Source of the DNA: a virus
Lineage: Duplodnaviria; Caudoviricetes
Direction: 5' to 3' (one strand)
DNA length: 32,184 bases
IMG/VR virus record: IMGVR_UViG_3300023283_000396
Span: 1-32,184 of that record
Part shown: positions 9,384-18,886 of the stretch, one piece after another
Layout: the number at the start of each line of letters is the position of its first letter
Position numbering within the stretch: position 1 is the first letter of the stretch
The notes under the pieces: model-generated
Told to the model about the DNA's origin: nothing
Databases searched by the model: none
Seen by the model: the letters and a program-made list of their open reading frames with translations, nothing else
Position numbers and translations under genes: made by a program

Positions 9384-9421
9384 TTCCGGGGGCTTCCGGG
9401 GGCTTCCGGGGGCTTCCGGGG
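9384..9421 (-). repeat. Four tandem 10-bp units (CCCCGGAAGC on the mRNA strand) plus two degenerate copies at 9358-9382
   Basis: ttccgggg at 9384, 9394, 9404 and 9414 in the tube/tape-measure spacer. Confidence 0.92.
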
Positions 9422-9425
9422 TGGG

Positions 9426-9851
9426 TTAGGCCATAGCGATCGGCAGCGCCGAGCCGTCGGAGCTGTAGGCCACGCCATTGACCGATGGCCGGCCGAAGTC
9501 GCGGCGGTTCTGCGGGTGCCCGAAGTCGCGAAACTCGTGGTTGCTGATCGTCAGCGTCTTGTTGGCCCCGCCGCCGCTCTGGGTAAAGACGACCACCAGG
9601 TCGCCGTTGGATTCGGCGACGAGGTCGAGCATGTTGCCGTGGTCCTGCTCGAACACGACCTGCGTCGTCACCGGGAATTCGGGGGTACCGACGTTCTCGG
9701 CCCCCTGGACGTAGAGGTAGCCCTCCTCGTCGATCGGCAGCAGGTTGCCTTTGCTGACGTTAATGTTGACCGAGCGGACCCCGATGTACTTGTTGGCGCC
9801 CTGCGTCACGGAGACGATGTTGGTGAGTCGGATGCTTGAGACATCTGCCAT
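9426..9851 (-). CDS. Putative tail tube (major tail) protein (141 aa)
   Basis: Beta-rich, between the terminator-like gene and the tape measure; GAGGT SD. Confidence 0.65.
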   Translation of the reverse strand: MADVSSIRLTNIVSVTQGANKYIGVRSVNINVSKGNLLPIDEEGYLYVQGAENVGTPEFPVTTQVVFEQDHGNMLDLVAESNGDLVVVFTQSGGGANKTLTISNHEFRDFGHPQNRRDFGRPSVNGVAYSSDGSALPIAMA

Positions 9852-9863
9852 GGTGTTACCTCG

Positions 9864-10316
9864 CTATTGCGTGCCCTGGAGGGCACGCTCGTAAATGACT
9901 TGCCAGCCCCGCGACACGCTGCGGAGCAGAAACGTTTGGTTGGGGTCGGTGGCCACGTCCCAGGCGAGCTCGCCCTCACCGCGGATCACCTCGATGCTGG
10001 CGTTGCCGTACTGCAGCTCCTCGAGCTTGGCGGCGACGGCGTCGTAGACCTCGTCCATCTGGGCCTCGGCGTCGTCGCTGCCGCCCGGGTCGGTCTTGGT
10101 GGCCACGCCGACCTCGATGTCCAGGCTGCAGCGCACCTGGTTGTCGTCGAGGTCTTCGTAATCTTCTCGCACCCGCACGACGCTGACGACCAGCGCCCCG
10201 CGGTTGACCTGGTCGGGGAGCAGGGGCCGGGTGAAGACCGTGTCGTCGTTGAGGTCGGCCAGCTCCTTGAGCTTGGTGACGATGTCGCTGATGATGTCTT
10301 TGCGTTTGCTGGCCAT
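9864..10316 (-). CDS. Putative tail terminator (lambda gpU-like) (150 aa)
   Basis: SKRKDII..I...L N-terminal helix, acidic alpha/beta pattern, W.V.Y C-terminal strand, synteny. Confidence 0.65.
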   Translation of the reverse strand: MASKRKDIISDIVTKLKELADLNDDTVFTRPLLPDQVNRGALVVSVVRVREDYEDLDDNQVRCSLDIEVGVATKTDPGGSDDAEAQMDEVYDAVAAKLEELQYGNASIEVIRGEGELAWDVATDPNQTFLLRSVSRGWQVIYERALQGTQ

Positions 10317-11014
10317 TACAGACGCCTCCCCTCGGCCCCGGCGTCCGCGCCGTCCTGGAGCAGGTCGGCCAGGCGGGGCAGCTGGTCGGCGAACGCGCCG
10401 CCCAGCGCGTCGATGCCCTCGACCCGCACCTGCTTTTTGAGCACGAACAGCGCCTTGAGCCCTTTACGTCGCACGCCCGGAACGGGGCCGGTGGTGCCGG
10501 CGATCAGGTTGCCGCGCCGCGAACGGAAGATGACGTAGTCCTTGACCGGCCCGCCGCTGCCCCGCTTGCGGGGGCGTGTGCGGCCCATCAGCTCGCGCGG
10601 GCTGACGCGGGTGATGCCCCGGCCGGTCTGGTTGTCGGGCAGGGGGACCCACAGGTGGTTGGCGGACTTGGGCTTGATGACCGTCGTGCCGTCGCCCAGG
10701 ACGGTGCCGGCGTAGGCCGAGGCGGGGCTGCCGCTGGGGACGCCCACAAAGCCGCTCAGCGGCCTGTCCTGCCTGGAGGCGACCGAAGCCCGGAGGATCC
10801 CCGAGCGCGCGGCGGCGGGCGCGTCGCCGCCGCGACGGACGCCCTTGCGGTACGCGCCGGAGAGGTAGCTGCGCTTGACGTGCGTCTCGACCTCCTGCAG
10901 GCCCTGGGCGTGGGCGGTGCTGAGGTTGTCGGCGATGATGCCCGCGCGCTCGCCCAGCTCGCGGAGCGTGCGCTTGGCCTGGCCGGTCATGCTGTACTTG
11001 ATCACGATGCTCAT
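10316..11014 (-). CDS. Neck/tail-completion protein, HK97 gp10 / Mu gpG-like (232 aa)
   Basis: ATG at 11014 (TGATG overlap). RSG.LR.S, YA....G.T.IKPK..L.VP and LFVLKK.V motifs; basic. Confidence 0.7.
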   Translation of the reverse strand: MSIVIKYSMTGQAKRTLRELGERAGIIADNLSTAHAQGLQEVETHVKRSYLSGAYRKGVRRGGDAPAAARSGILRASVASRQDRPLSGFVGVPSGSPASAYAGTVLGDGTTVIKPKSANHLWVPLPDNQTGRGITRVSPRELMGRTRPRKRGSGGPVKDYVIFRSRRGNLIAGTTGPVPGVRRKGLKALFVLKKQVRVEGIDALGGAFADQLPRLADLLQDGADAGAEGRRL

Positions 11015-11637
11015 CAGTACAACCTCCGCAGGGCTTCGCACGCGGCGACCAGCTCGGGCACGAGCGGCTGGCTGTTGACGCTGACGCTGCCGGCCGCGCC
11101 GCCGCCGGCCTGGTCGGTGCCGGCAAAGCCGCCGGTCCGGAACAGCCGCACCGCCTGGAGGAGCACGCCGTGCTGCAGGTCGTCCGGCGGCAGGATCGCG
11201 TCGGGCATCGGGTCTTCGTCGGGATCGACGTAGCCGGCGACGTAGATCACCTGCAGGTGGCGACGCTTGAGCCACCAGTGGCTGTACTGGCGCTCGAGCT
11301 TGCCCAGCTCGCTGTCCACGACGAAGTCGGTGTTCTCGACCAGGGCGGTCTGGGCGGTGAACTCGGCGTCGGTGCCGTAGTCGTAGAGCTGCTTGACGGA
11401 GGTCACCGACTCGATCGGGTACCGCCTGAGCTTGACGACCTTGGCCTCCGGGTCGGTGTCCCAAGGATACTCGACAAACGTGCCGCGCCGCAGCTCGCGG
11501 CCGGCGCCACGCACCGACTCAGCCATCGCCGAGGCTGTCTCCAGCAGCGTGGTCAGGCGCGTGTCAAGGTCCGTGCCGCTGATGTTCAGCAGGTCGCGTT
11601 GCTTGAGGTCGGCGAGTTTGGCGAGCTTGTCAGCCAT
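11014..11637 (-). CDS. Head-tail connector/adaptor (gp6/gp15-like) (207 aa)
   Basis: LA.L.DLK..L.I...D.D..L..LL..AS...E, L.RYPI.SVTSV, V.YVAGY and P.DL...V motifs. Confidence 0.85.
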   Translation of the reverse strand: MADKLAKLADLKQRDLLNISGTDLDTRLTTLLETASAMAESVRGAGRELRRGTFVEYPWDTDPEAKVVKLRRYPIESVTSVKQLYDYGTDAEFTAQTALVENTDFVVDSELGKLERQYSHWWLKRRHLQVIYVAGYVDPDEDPMPDAILPPDDLQHGVLLQAVRLFRTGGFAGTDQAGGGAAGSVSVNSQPLVPELVAACEALRRLY

Positions 11638-11643
11638 TGGCGG

Positions 11644-11871
11644 TTAAGAGGCGTCCTGTTGCTGGGCGACACGGTGGACGAGCTGGGGCTCCTGCGGGGG
11701 CGGCCCGACGACGTCGGTGCCGCGCAGGGCGTAGTCGTCGATGACCTTGAGCTCGTGTTGCTTGGCCAGCTCGTTGAGCTGGGCGCGGGTGAGGCGGACG
11801 CGGTCGCCGGGCTGGTAGCCCTCAACCTTGTCCGTCTTGATCTGCACGAGGAGGATCGTGTGCTGTCCCAT
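11644..11871 (-). CDS. Small hypothetical head-region protein (75 aa, MGQHTILLVQ...)
   Basis: ACAAGGA SD before the ATG at 11871. Y.PGD.V.L...QL pattern common in small genes downstream of capsid genes. Confidence 0.65.
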   Translation of the reverse strand: MGQHTILLVQIKTDKVEGYQPGDRVRLTRAQLNELAKQHELKVIDDYALRGTDVVGPPPQEPQLVHRVAQQQDAS

Positions 11872-11902
11872 CGGTCTTGTCCTTGTGTTTGCGGTGCTGA
11901 TG

Positions 11903-11928
11903 TTCCGGGGATTCCGGGGATTCCAAGG
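11903..11928 (-). repeat. Tandem 9-bp units (GGAATCCCC) x2-3
   Basis: + strand ttccggggattccggggattccaagg, intergenic. Confidence 0.85.
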
Positions 11929-11972
11929 CTGGCGGAGCGGTGGCCGGTCGGGGCCGGTCATCGCCCGGTGGT

Positions 11973-12203
11973 TCAGTCCCTGGGGTAGGTTTCCTGTTGG
12001 TTGGTCTTTGGGACGCATCGGTAGTCTTTGCCTTTCTTGAGTTGCTGCTGCTGGCACTGGTTGAGGCTGAGCCAGAGGCGTTGGCCGGGGGCTCGGCGGA
12101 TCGGCGAGGCGATGTGCCGCCTGATCTCGATGAGTCGCGGCTTGTCGCGGTCCTGTTTCTTGGGTTCTTTGCGGCGCTGTTTTTTGTCGGGCGTGGTGGT
12201 CAT
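11973..12203 (-). CDS. Small basic hypothetical protein (76 aa)
   Basis: ACGGAG SD before the ATG; fills the gap in the late operon. Confidence 0.55.
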   Translation of the reverse strand: MTTTPDKKQRRKEPKKQDRDKPRLIEIRRHIASPIRRAPGQRLWLSLNQCQQQQLKKGKDYRCVPKTNQQETYPRD

Positions 12204-12250
12204 CGGGTGCTCCGTTCAATGATGCTTGAATGCCTGTTGCAAGGCCCTTC

Positions 12251-12282
12251 AAACGGCCCCCCGTGTTGGGGTGGGGGGGCCG
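12251..12282 (-). terminator. Possible weak intrinsic terminator or stabilising hairpin after the capsid-decoration gene
   Basis: 9-bp GC stem (12254-12262 / 12274-12282) followed by only TTT on the - strand. Confidence 0.4.
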
Positions 12283-12308
12283 ATGTGAGGGGTCTTGGGA
12301 AGGAGGGG

Positions 12309-12764
12309 TTACTCGATTTCCAGGCTGGTCAGGCCAAGGCCGGCGGCGGTGACCTCGTTGTTGCCGGGGTGATCGGCGATGGCCAGCGCCGTCAGGAACG
12401 TGCCGGCACTGCCGTCACCCGCGGTGGCCTGGATCTGCAGGTAACGCTCCTGCCACTCTTCGGCGTTGATGTAGACACCGAACAGGCCGTTGTCGTCATC
12501 TGCACCGGGCTTGGTGGTGACGTCCTTGATGGTGGCCGGTGTGCCGCCGAGCGTGGTGGCGTCCGACTGGGTGTCGGATTCCTGCACGCGCAGGACGGCG
12601 GCGGCGATGTCGGTCGCACCGAGCTGGACGATGAACAGCACGCCCTTGGCGTCGCTGGGCATGAAGTCCGCACGGTCAATGACGCGGCTGGCGAAGGCGG
12701 CGTCATCCTTGATCGCCGCCGGGGGGATGGCGTTGAAGAACTTTGAGAGGTTCAGAAGGTTCAT
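12309..12764 (-). CDS. Putative capsid cement/decoration protein (Bbp16-like jelly roll) (151 aa)
   Basis: Directly after the MCP; SRVID, LRVQESD and RYLQIQ.T motifs. Confidence 0.7.
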   Translation of the reverse strand: MNLLNLSKFFNAIPPAAIKDDAAFASRVIDRADFMPSDAKGVLFIVQLGATDIAAAVLRVQESDTQSDATTLGGTPATIKDVTTKPGADDDNGLFGVYINAEEWQERYLQIQATAGDGSAGTFLTALAIADHPGNNEVTAAGLGLTSLEIE

Positions 12765-12886
12765 GGTTTTGATCTCTGTTGGGAGGGTTTGGTTTCAGTA
12801 AGCGATTCAAAATTCCCGTTGGGGTGACACGCTGGTTGCCGGCACGGGATCACACCGGGCGTGTTTGATCAGGTCGATCGAGCCGA

Positions 12887-14227
12887 TCAGGAAGCGGCGA
12901 GCTGGAGGCCGACGATCGGGCCGGGCACGCGGTCGCCCGCGGTGGCCGTCGCGTTACCGACGCTGTGCACGTTCACCGCCACCCGGCGCGTGCCGAGGTA
13001 GGTGATCTGCTGCTCAGCGAACTTGTAGTCGCGGCTGGTCTTGAGTCCGTAGGCGCGGCGGTTGCCGATGGCGGCGGCCATACGCAGGTTGCCAAAGAGC
13101 AGGGGCACCGAGCTGTTCGCCTGAGCGTTGGGCATGATCTGCGTGAGCTCGATCGGGGTGCCGCCGTAGGTCAGGCGACGCCGGCCCTCGATCTCCGTGG
13201 CCGTCACGCCGCCGGCGGCGTGGATCATCGGCACCAGGACTGAGAAGTAGAACTGACGGTGGCAGAACATGCGGACGTCCGACTCGCCGGCGGCATACTG
13301 CGGGAGCTTGCCCATCATCTCGTCGATGTTGCCCTGGGTGATCTCAGGCCAGGCGTTGCCGTCGGCCTGCTGCAGGCCGGCGATGTTGGCCGGGGTGCTC
13401 GTGTCCAGGTTCTTGAGCCGCTCGGTCACGCCGAACAGGCCAAAGGACGCGGCACCGCCGTTGCCGATGAAGCCGACGCGGTCCATCTTCTTGGCGAAGC
13501 GGCGGGCCATGCGGCGTGCGATGAACTCGGCGATGTCCACAGCCGCGTCTTCTTCGAGTTCGTTGGGGACGTAGATCAGCGTGGCCCAGGTCTTGGGGTT
13601 GAGCTGCTCAAGGCGCGGCGAGGATTCGGTCTTTTCGCCGGCCGCCGTGTTCTCGCCGACCACGAAGACGTCGTCGTCGTCGTTTTCTTCGACGACGAAA
13701 GACTTGCTCTCGGCGTTCACCGGGACGGGCTCGGCGTACCGCTCGAACACGCCGTAGGTCTCGGTGAGCTGGTGGATCATGTTCGACATCTCGGTGGGCA
13801 GGAGCCCGCCGAACGTCGTGGAGTCCATGGCCTTGGCCACGTCGGAGAAGTCGCGCTGCAAAATCTCGTCGGCTTTCGCTGCGCGAGCTGCGCAGTCGTC
13901 GTCCCACTTAGCCGAGAGCTTGATGAAATGCAGGCCGAAGACGCGGGCCTCGTCTTCGCTGGCGAACATGCCGCGATACTGCCCGCCGAAGCCGTAGCTG
14001 AGGCGGCGTGTCTTTGCCAGCTCACGGGCGACGTCGGTCTGGACCTGCTTGAAGTCCCGCTCGAGCTGCTCGATGGCGTCGCCCATTTTGACGAAGTCGC
14101 CTTCGCCGGAGAAGTGATGGATGAGCTCGTCCTGCGCCTCCTTCATGGAGGTGACGTTCTCGGCCAGGTCCTTGATCATCGCCTTGTCCGCGTCGGACAG
14201 GGATGCTTTGTCTTTTGTGGTTACCAC
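12887..14227 (-). CDS. Major capsid protein, HK97 family (446 aa from GTG at 14227)
   Basis: Coiled-coil delta domain, GGLLPTE, VGEN, V.NEL.EDA.VD, D...F.GNG, G.PI....MP, LLFGNL motifs. AAAGGA SD before the GTG. Confidence 0.93.
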   Translation of the reverse strand: MVTTKDKASLSDADKAMIKDLAENVTSMKEAQDELIHHFSGEGDFVKMGDAIEQLERDFKQVQTDVARELAKTRRLSYGFGGQYRGMFASEDEARVFGLHFIKLSAKWDDDCAARAAKADEILQRDFSDVAKAMDSTTFGGLLPTEMSNMIHQLTETYGVFERYAEPVPVNAESKSFVVEENDDDDVFVVGENTAAGEKTESSPRLEQLNPKTWATLIYVPNELEEDAAVDIAEFIARRMARRFAKKMDRVGFIGNGGAASFGLFGVTERLKNLDTSTPANIAGLQQADGNAWPEITQGNIDEMMGKLPQYAAGESDVRMFCHRQFYFSVLVPMIHAAGGVTATEIEGRRRLTYGGTPIELTQIMPNAQANSSVPLLFGNLRMAAAIGNRRAYGLKTSRDYKFAEQQITYLGTRRVAVNVHSVGNATATAGDRVPGPIVGLQLAAS

Positions 14228-14281
14228 TGGGTTTTTCCTTTTCAAAGAAGGTGTAGATGCGTTCAGCGGGGACCGGTTGAG

Positions 14282-15148
14282 TTACGTTTTCAGCCGGTCC
14301 ATCGTGGGGCCCAGCAGCTCTTGCAGTTCGCTGCTGCCGCCTGGGGCTTGCTCGTTGCCGAGCGGGTCATCGTGGTCGTTGTAGCCATGAGACTCGGAGC
14401 TCTTACTCGCTTCGATCACGATGTAAATCAGCTCGTAAAGATCAGTTCCGATCTCGGCTTTAAGTTTTTCGGAAACCGCCTCGCGGACGGCCTCGTCGAT
14501 GAATTGTTTGAGTTGTTCACGGATCGCTTCGCCGTCGGGCCCTTTGCCAGTGGCATCGGAACGCGGAAAGGCGCGGGCGATCAACACGGCGTCGGGGTTG
14601 GCCGGCACGGCGACCGCGGAGACTTCCAGCAGTTCCACGTCGGTGAAGACACGGACTTTGCGTTTGCCGTCCTCCGTTTCCACTTCGCTCATCTCCCAGG
14701 CGTGCACGCGGAAGCCAACGCTGAAAGCCTTCATGTGCCCGTCGCGGTACAGCTGCCAGTACTCATCGGCGAGCTGCGTGTTCGCGAAGTGGGCGGTGCC
14801 CACCAGGCCGTCGTCGGTGATGCGCATGTTGGACCAGTGACCGATGACCGTCGCCTGGCCCGCGTCGAATCCGGCGTACTGGTGCGAGGCCAAGAGCACG
14901 GGGTTTTTCCGGAAGGTCTCCAGGTGCTTCGCGAACGCCTTGGGCTCAACGATCTCGCCGTAACGGTCGATCGTCGCCGTCGACACCAGCGCCTCAATCG
15001 TGCGGCTTTCGGCGTTGACGCCGAGCACGCGCGACTCGCGATCGATGGAGACACCACGGTCGTGGATCTGCGGCTCGTCGGTCAGCAGGTCGGGGTTGAG
15101 CAGCTTCAGTGACTCGTCGAGGTAATGGCTATTTGTCTTGTTGTTCAT
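14282..15148 (-). CDS. HK97-family prohead protease (288 aa)
   Basis: DRYGEIV.P.AF, NPVLL.SH, AFSVGF and LLEVSAVAVPANP motifs. Confidence 0.93.
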   Translation of the reverse strand: MNNKTNSHYLDESLKLLNPDLLTDEPQIHDRGVSIDRESRVLGVNAESRTIEALVSTATIDRYGEIVEPKAFAKHLETFRKNPVLLASHQYAGFDAGQATVIGHWSNMRITDDGLVGTAHFANTQLADEYWQLYRDGHMKAFSVGFRVHAWEMSEVETEDGKRKVRVFTDVELLEVSAVAVPANPDAVLIARAFPRSDATGKGPDGEAIREQLKQFIDEAVREAVSEKLKAEIGTDLYELIYIVIEASKSSESHGYNDHDDPLGNEQAPGGSSELQELLGPTMDRLKT

Positions 15149-17516
15149 GGTCTGCGTCCTTGCTCTTGTTGTCGTCCCGTTCCATGAGGCGCTCGTAAGT
15201 CAGAAAGCCCATCGCTTCGTAACGATCCAGCACCGCCTTGACGCCGTCGCCGGGGAAGCGGGCGATCGTGGTGCAGCTGCAGTTGATGTCGTCCTGTCGC
15301 ACGCCGGTCGCCCGAGGGTGCGGGCAGGTGTTGCCGGTGTTGGCGATGGTGAACAGCCCGTCGTTCGCAACGGGTTGCTCCAGCGTGTTGCGCTCGGTGT
15401 CGTAGTGCCACATCCGCCCTGTCTCGGCCCGGCTCCACAGCCAGCTCTTGAGCGGCGTGCCCGCCTGCTTGCGGCCCAGTTGTCTCGCCTCCTCGACGCT
15501 GCGGCCGACCTCGGTACGGGCGATGGTCTTGGCGCGATGGCCGGTGGTGTTGAAGGTCTGGCGGATGCGCTCGGCGATCTGGTCGGGCGTTTCCTGCATG
15601 GACATCGCGTCGGCGATCGTGGCGGCCAGCTCGCGGCGCAGTGTCCGGTTTGAATTGGTCAGAGCCACCTCGCGCACCCGCATCGCCCGCTCGACCTCTG
15701 GATCGCGGAAGTCGAACTCTGGTGCATCGGCGTCGTCGCTTGCGCCCTGGCCATGCTCCGTGATCGCCTGCTCGCCGCCAAGCCGGAACGACTCGTGGAC
15801 GATGGGCCGGGCCTGCACGATCAGCCGCTGGTTGGCGGCGCTGATGTCGAAGATGATCTCGGCTATGAGGTCACGCTGCGTTACTCCGGAGCGAGCCTCT
15901 TCGGAGCGGTCGCCGTACACGCGGTCGAGGTTGGCCAGTGTCTCGGCACGCAGTTCGTGTCGAACCTTCTGGACCTTGCTGCGCATCTGCCGTTCGAGCA
16001 CAGACCATGAGCGACGCCACGCCGCGTAGATCCGTGCGAGTTGCTGCTCGGACAGCTCTCGCTCCTGGGCATCCAGCCTTTGATCACGGAGCGCCTTATC
16101 CTCGTCTTCTGGCTCTTGCGGCGGTGGCCCGGCCGGGTCGTCGTCGCCCGGCATGGGCTCGTCGGCCGGGATCAGGTTCACCGGCATGTAGCCGGTCTTC
16201 TGCCAGTCGTACGTGGGCAGGGCGAGGTCAAATGCGTCGATCACATCTGCGGGGGGTTGCATGTACTTCTCGATGAAGACAGCGCCTTCCTTGGCGCGGC
16301 TGAGCATCGATTCGCGCACGGCGGGAACACCGCTGGTGTCGAACCAGACCACAAGGTTCCCGCCTTGCCAGCCCGCCCGCTGGAGGTTGCGGTTGTGACG
16401 GGCCACCGCGATCTGCGATCGGCTCATCGTGCGGGCGCGTCTCGCGGTGCGGTCGCCGCTGAGCGAACGGTCGGCGTCGAAGCGGCTGATCACGCCCCGC
16501 CTGATCTCGTCGGCGATCCACTCGCCGCGCGGGATGGTGGTATCCATCCACAGCGAGTTCTTGGCGATGGTGCCGTGGGCCCGGTTGCTGTCCTCGTAGT
16601 AGCCAATCGCGGCGGGGTCCACACGCAACGCCACACACACGTCGACTTGCTTCATCTTTTGGAGCGTGCTGAACTCCATCTCGTCGAAGGTCGCGGCAAT
16701 GCGCTCCCACTTCATGCCGCCGTACAGAAACAGTGGCCGGCGGCGATTCTTCGGGCCGGCGTGACGTTTGGACAATTCCTCGCGCGTGTCGTTGACCTGT
16801 TCAGGCGTCGGGCGTTTGTCAGTGACCCATGCACCGCCCGGCTCGATGCCGTTGTCCAGGCTGGCGTCGTTGGCCACGTCCGACTTGTAGATCTGGGAGA
16901 TCGGCAGGCCACAGCTCTCAAGAGGCGACGAGAAGCCGTAAGGGTCCATCGGGTCAAAGCTGCTCAGGCCAATGGTCACAACCTGCATGAGGTCGAGCTT
17001 GATCGCCTCATCCCAGCGACGACCGGGCTGACGCCACTTCCAGCCAATCAATTCGCCTCTGCCTGGGCCTGAAACAACAGGCTTCATGTCCCAGCCCGCG
17101 ACCGGCAGCATCTGCGTGGGCCGACCGCTGGGGTTGTCGTCGCCGCCTTGGATTGTCCCGGGGGGAAAGACCAGGTGGGTAACGCCCGACAGGTCCAGGT
17201 ATGCCGAGCAGTTCTTGAGGAACTGCCTCTGCCCCATTCCGGGTGCGGGGTTGCACAAGAGGTCGTAGATCGGCCCTGATACAATCAACTGGTCGTCGCC
17301 GGTGGAAAGCATCAGCGGCATGGAAGCGAGAGTCTCGGCCTTCACGTCTACCGCTGCGCGGACCACAGAGACCTGGCGGTACGGGCTCTTTGGCCCGTCC
17401 TTCACGGCTCCGCCATGCGTGCGGCTGAGGAACGCCAGGAACTCGGCAGCACTTTTGTTGTGGGCCTGCTCTTCCAGTCGAGCGCGGCAAATCAGACTCT
17501 GCGACAGGTGCTTCAC
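15129..17516 (-). CDS. HK97-type portal protein fused to a Mu gpF/SPP1 gp7-like head morphogenesis domain (795 aa)
   Basis: Portal: V.AAV...AE.LASMPL, LL.NP, G.SPL, NG..PGG, L.GG.KW. C-terminal: RAKTIARTE, K.W, R..H, INCSC. Confidence 0.88.
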   Translation of the reverse strand: MKHLSQSLICRARLEEQAHNKSAAEFLAFLSRTHGGAVKDGPKSPYRQVSVVRAAVDVKAETLASMPLMLSTGDDQLIVSGPIYDLLCNPAPGMGQRQFLKNCSAYLDLSGVTHLVFPPGTIQGGDDNPSGRPTQMLPVAGWDMKPVVSGPGRGELIGWKWRQPGRRWDEAIKLDLMQVVTIGLSSFDPMDPYGFSSPLESCGLPISQIYKSDVANDASLDNGIEPGGAWVTDKRPTPEQVNDTREELSKRHAGPKNRRRPLFLYGGMKWERIAATFDEMEFSTLQKMKQVDVCVALRVDPAAIGYYEDSNRAHGTIAKNSLWMDTTIPRGEWIADEIRRGVISRFDADRSLSGDRTARRARTMSRSQIAVARHNRNLQRAGWQGGNLVVWFDTSGVPAVRESMLSRAKEGAVFIEKYMQPPADVIDAFDLALPTYDWQKTGYMPVNLIPADEPMPGDDDPAGPPPQEPEDEDKALRDQRLDAQERELSEQQLARIYAAWRRSWSVLERQMRSKVQKVRHELRAETLANLDRVYGDRSEEARSGVTQRDLIAEIIFDISAANQRLIVQARPIVHESFRLGGEQAITEHGQGASDDADAPEFDFRDPEVERAMRVREVALTNSNRTLRRELAATIADAMSMQETPDQIAERIRQTFNTTGHRAKTIARTEVGRSVEEARQLGRKQAGTPLKSWLWSRAETGRMWHYDTERNTLEQPVANDGLFTIANTGNTCPHPRATGVRQDDINCSCTTIARFPGDGVKAVLDRYEAMGFLTYERLMERDDNKSKDADHEQQDK

Positions 17517-18886
17517 AGGAGGATCGCCCCCACTTCATCATTTGACTTGCCCGCGTGCATCATCAGCGCCGCTGCCCAGAACTCGTCGCCGTGGCCGTCG
17601 GCGGTGCGGGCGGCGTCGTAGCGGGGGTGGCCGGCCATGCGGGTCATGCGGATCGAGTGCAGCGACTCGCGGGTGTCGCTGATGCCAGGCACACGGATCG
17701 AGCGGTCCTCGAAGTAGCCACGCATCGGGCTGGCCAGCAGGTCCTTGGTGCCGCTCGTGAACTTGATCGCCTCGCCGTTGCCCTGGGCCTCGGCCGCCTG
17801 GCCGATCTGCGTGCCCAGGCCCGTGCCGTCGATGCAGCCGCGCACCGTCTTGGGGTGGCGCAGGCGGTCGAGGATCATCTGCTGGACGACGTGCAGCGGC
17901 TCGCCCTGGAGGACGATGCGTTCGCGCACCCACATCACGTCGCCGACCTGCTCGCCCCAGTAGATGGCGGTGGGGTCTTTGCTCTCGCCGATGTCCGCGC
18001 CCAGGTACCGCGGGCCGTCGCCGAACTTGTCCGGCCGGCCGGCCAGGTCGTCCTCGCACAGCTCGATCAGGCGGTAGGGCAGCCAGGCCGAGCTCTCGCT
18101 GCTGGGCACGGCCAGGAACTCTTCCCGCCACTCTTCCTCGGTGCTGCAGCCCGCGCGGGCGTCGGCGAGGAACTGCTCGCGGGTCAGCTCGGTGCCCTTG
18201 ATCTCGTTGATCTTTTCCACCAGGCCCTGGGCGACCGCGTCGAGGATCGTGACCAGGTGCATGGACCAGGGCATGTCGCCCTTGTGTCCCTGCCCGGCTT
18301 CGACGCGCTCAGCCATCCCCCGGAACTTGTGAAACCTCGTGCCCTCGCCGTTGTGCGTTGAAAGAATCGCCAGCGAGTCGCCCCACATGATCACGGGATA
18401 GGCGGCCTTGTACATGCCGTCCGGGTCGTCGTGGAAGTCGAACTCGTCGAGGCGGACGTCGCCGCCCTTGGACCGGAAGCGGCGGGGGTTGGAGCTCATC
18501 GCCGTGATGCGGGCCCCGTTCTCGAAGCGGATGCAGAAGGCGGTGGCCGCCCGCTTGGTGTCGGGGTCTTCGACCTGGTCGGTGAAGTAGTCGGCCACCG
18601 AGCCGAAGACCTTGTCGTGAAAGAAGCGGCAGTACTCGACAAACTCAAACGCCGCCGACTCGTCCGCCGAGGAGAACCAGTAGTCGGTCCTGCGGTAGCC
18701 CGTTGAAGCGGGGTTTAACCGCTTTTCAACGGCGTCGAACGCCTCGCAGTACGTCGCCCCGATCCGCCGGCTCTTGGGCCAGAGCTTGAGGCGCGCGTGA
18801 TCGTTGCACCAGGCGGTCTGGTACGGCAGCAGCAGCCGGCCCCGGTTGCTCTTGGGCGTGGTGATGGCGGTGGGGGCTGCGGTCAC
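17513..18886 (-). CDS. terL: Terminase large subunit, Mu gp28-like (457 aa)
   Basis: LLPYQ, KSRRIGAT (Walker A), LDEF, STHNG, G.DIG...D, ID.TG.G and H.D.FWA motifs. Confidence 0.95.
   Translation of the reverse strand: MTAAPTAITTPKSNRGRLLLPYQTAWCNDHARLKLWPKSRRIGATYCEAFDAVEKRLNPASTGYRRTDYWFSSADESAAFEFVEYCRFFHDKVFGSVADYFTDQVEDPDTKRAATAFCIRFENGARITAMSSNPRRFRSKGGDVRLDEFDFHDDPDGMYKAAYPVIMWGDSLAILSTHNGEGTRFHKFRGMAERVEAGQGHKGDMPWSMHLVTILDAVAQGLVEKINEIKGTELTREQFLADARAGCSTEEEWREEFLAVPSSESSAWLPYRLIELCEDDLAGRPDKFGDGPRYLGADIGESKDPTAIYWGEQVGDVMWVRERIVLQGEPLHVVQQMILDRLRHPKTVRGCIDGTGLGTQIGQAAEAQGNGEAIKFTSGTKDLLASPMRGYFEDRSIRVPGISDTRESLHSIRMTRMAGHPRYDAARTADGHGDEFWAAALMMHAGKSNDEVGAILL

Noticed and set aside
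9358-9421. Repeat array as a CRISPR or Mu end-binding sites
   Set aside because: Units are 10 bp with no spacers and no cas genes; the location is internal, not terminal.
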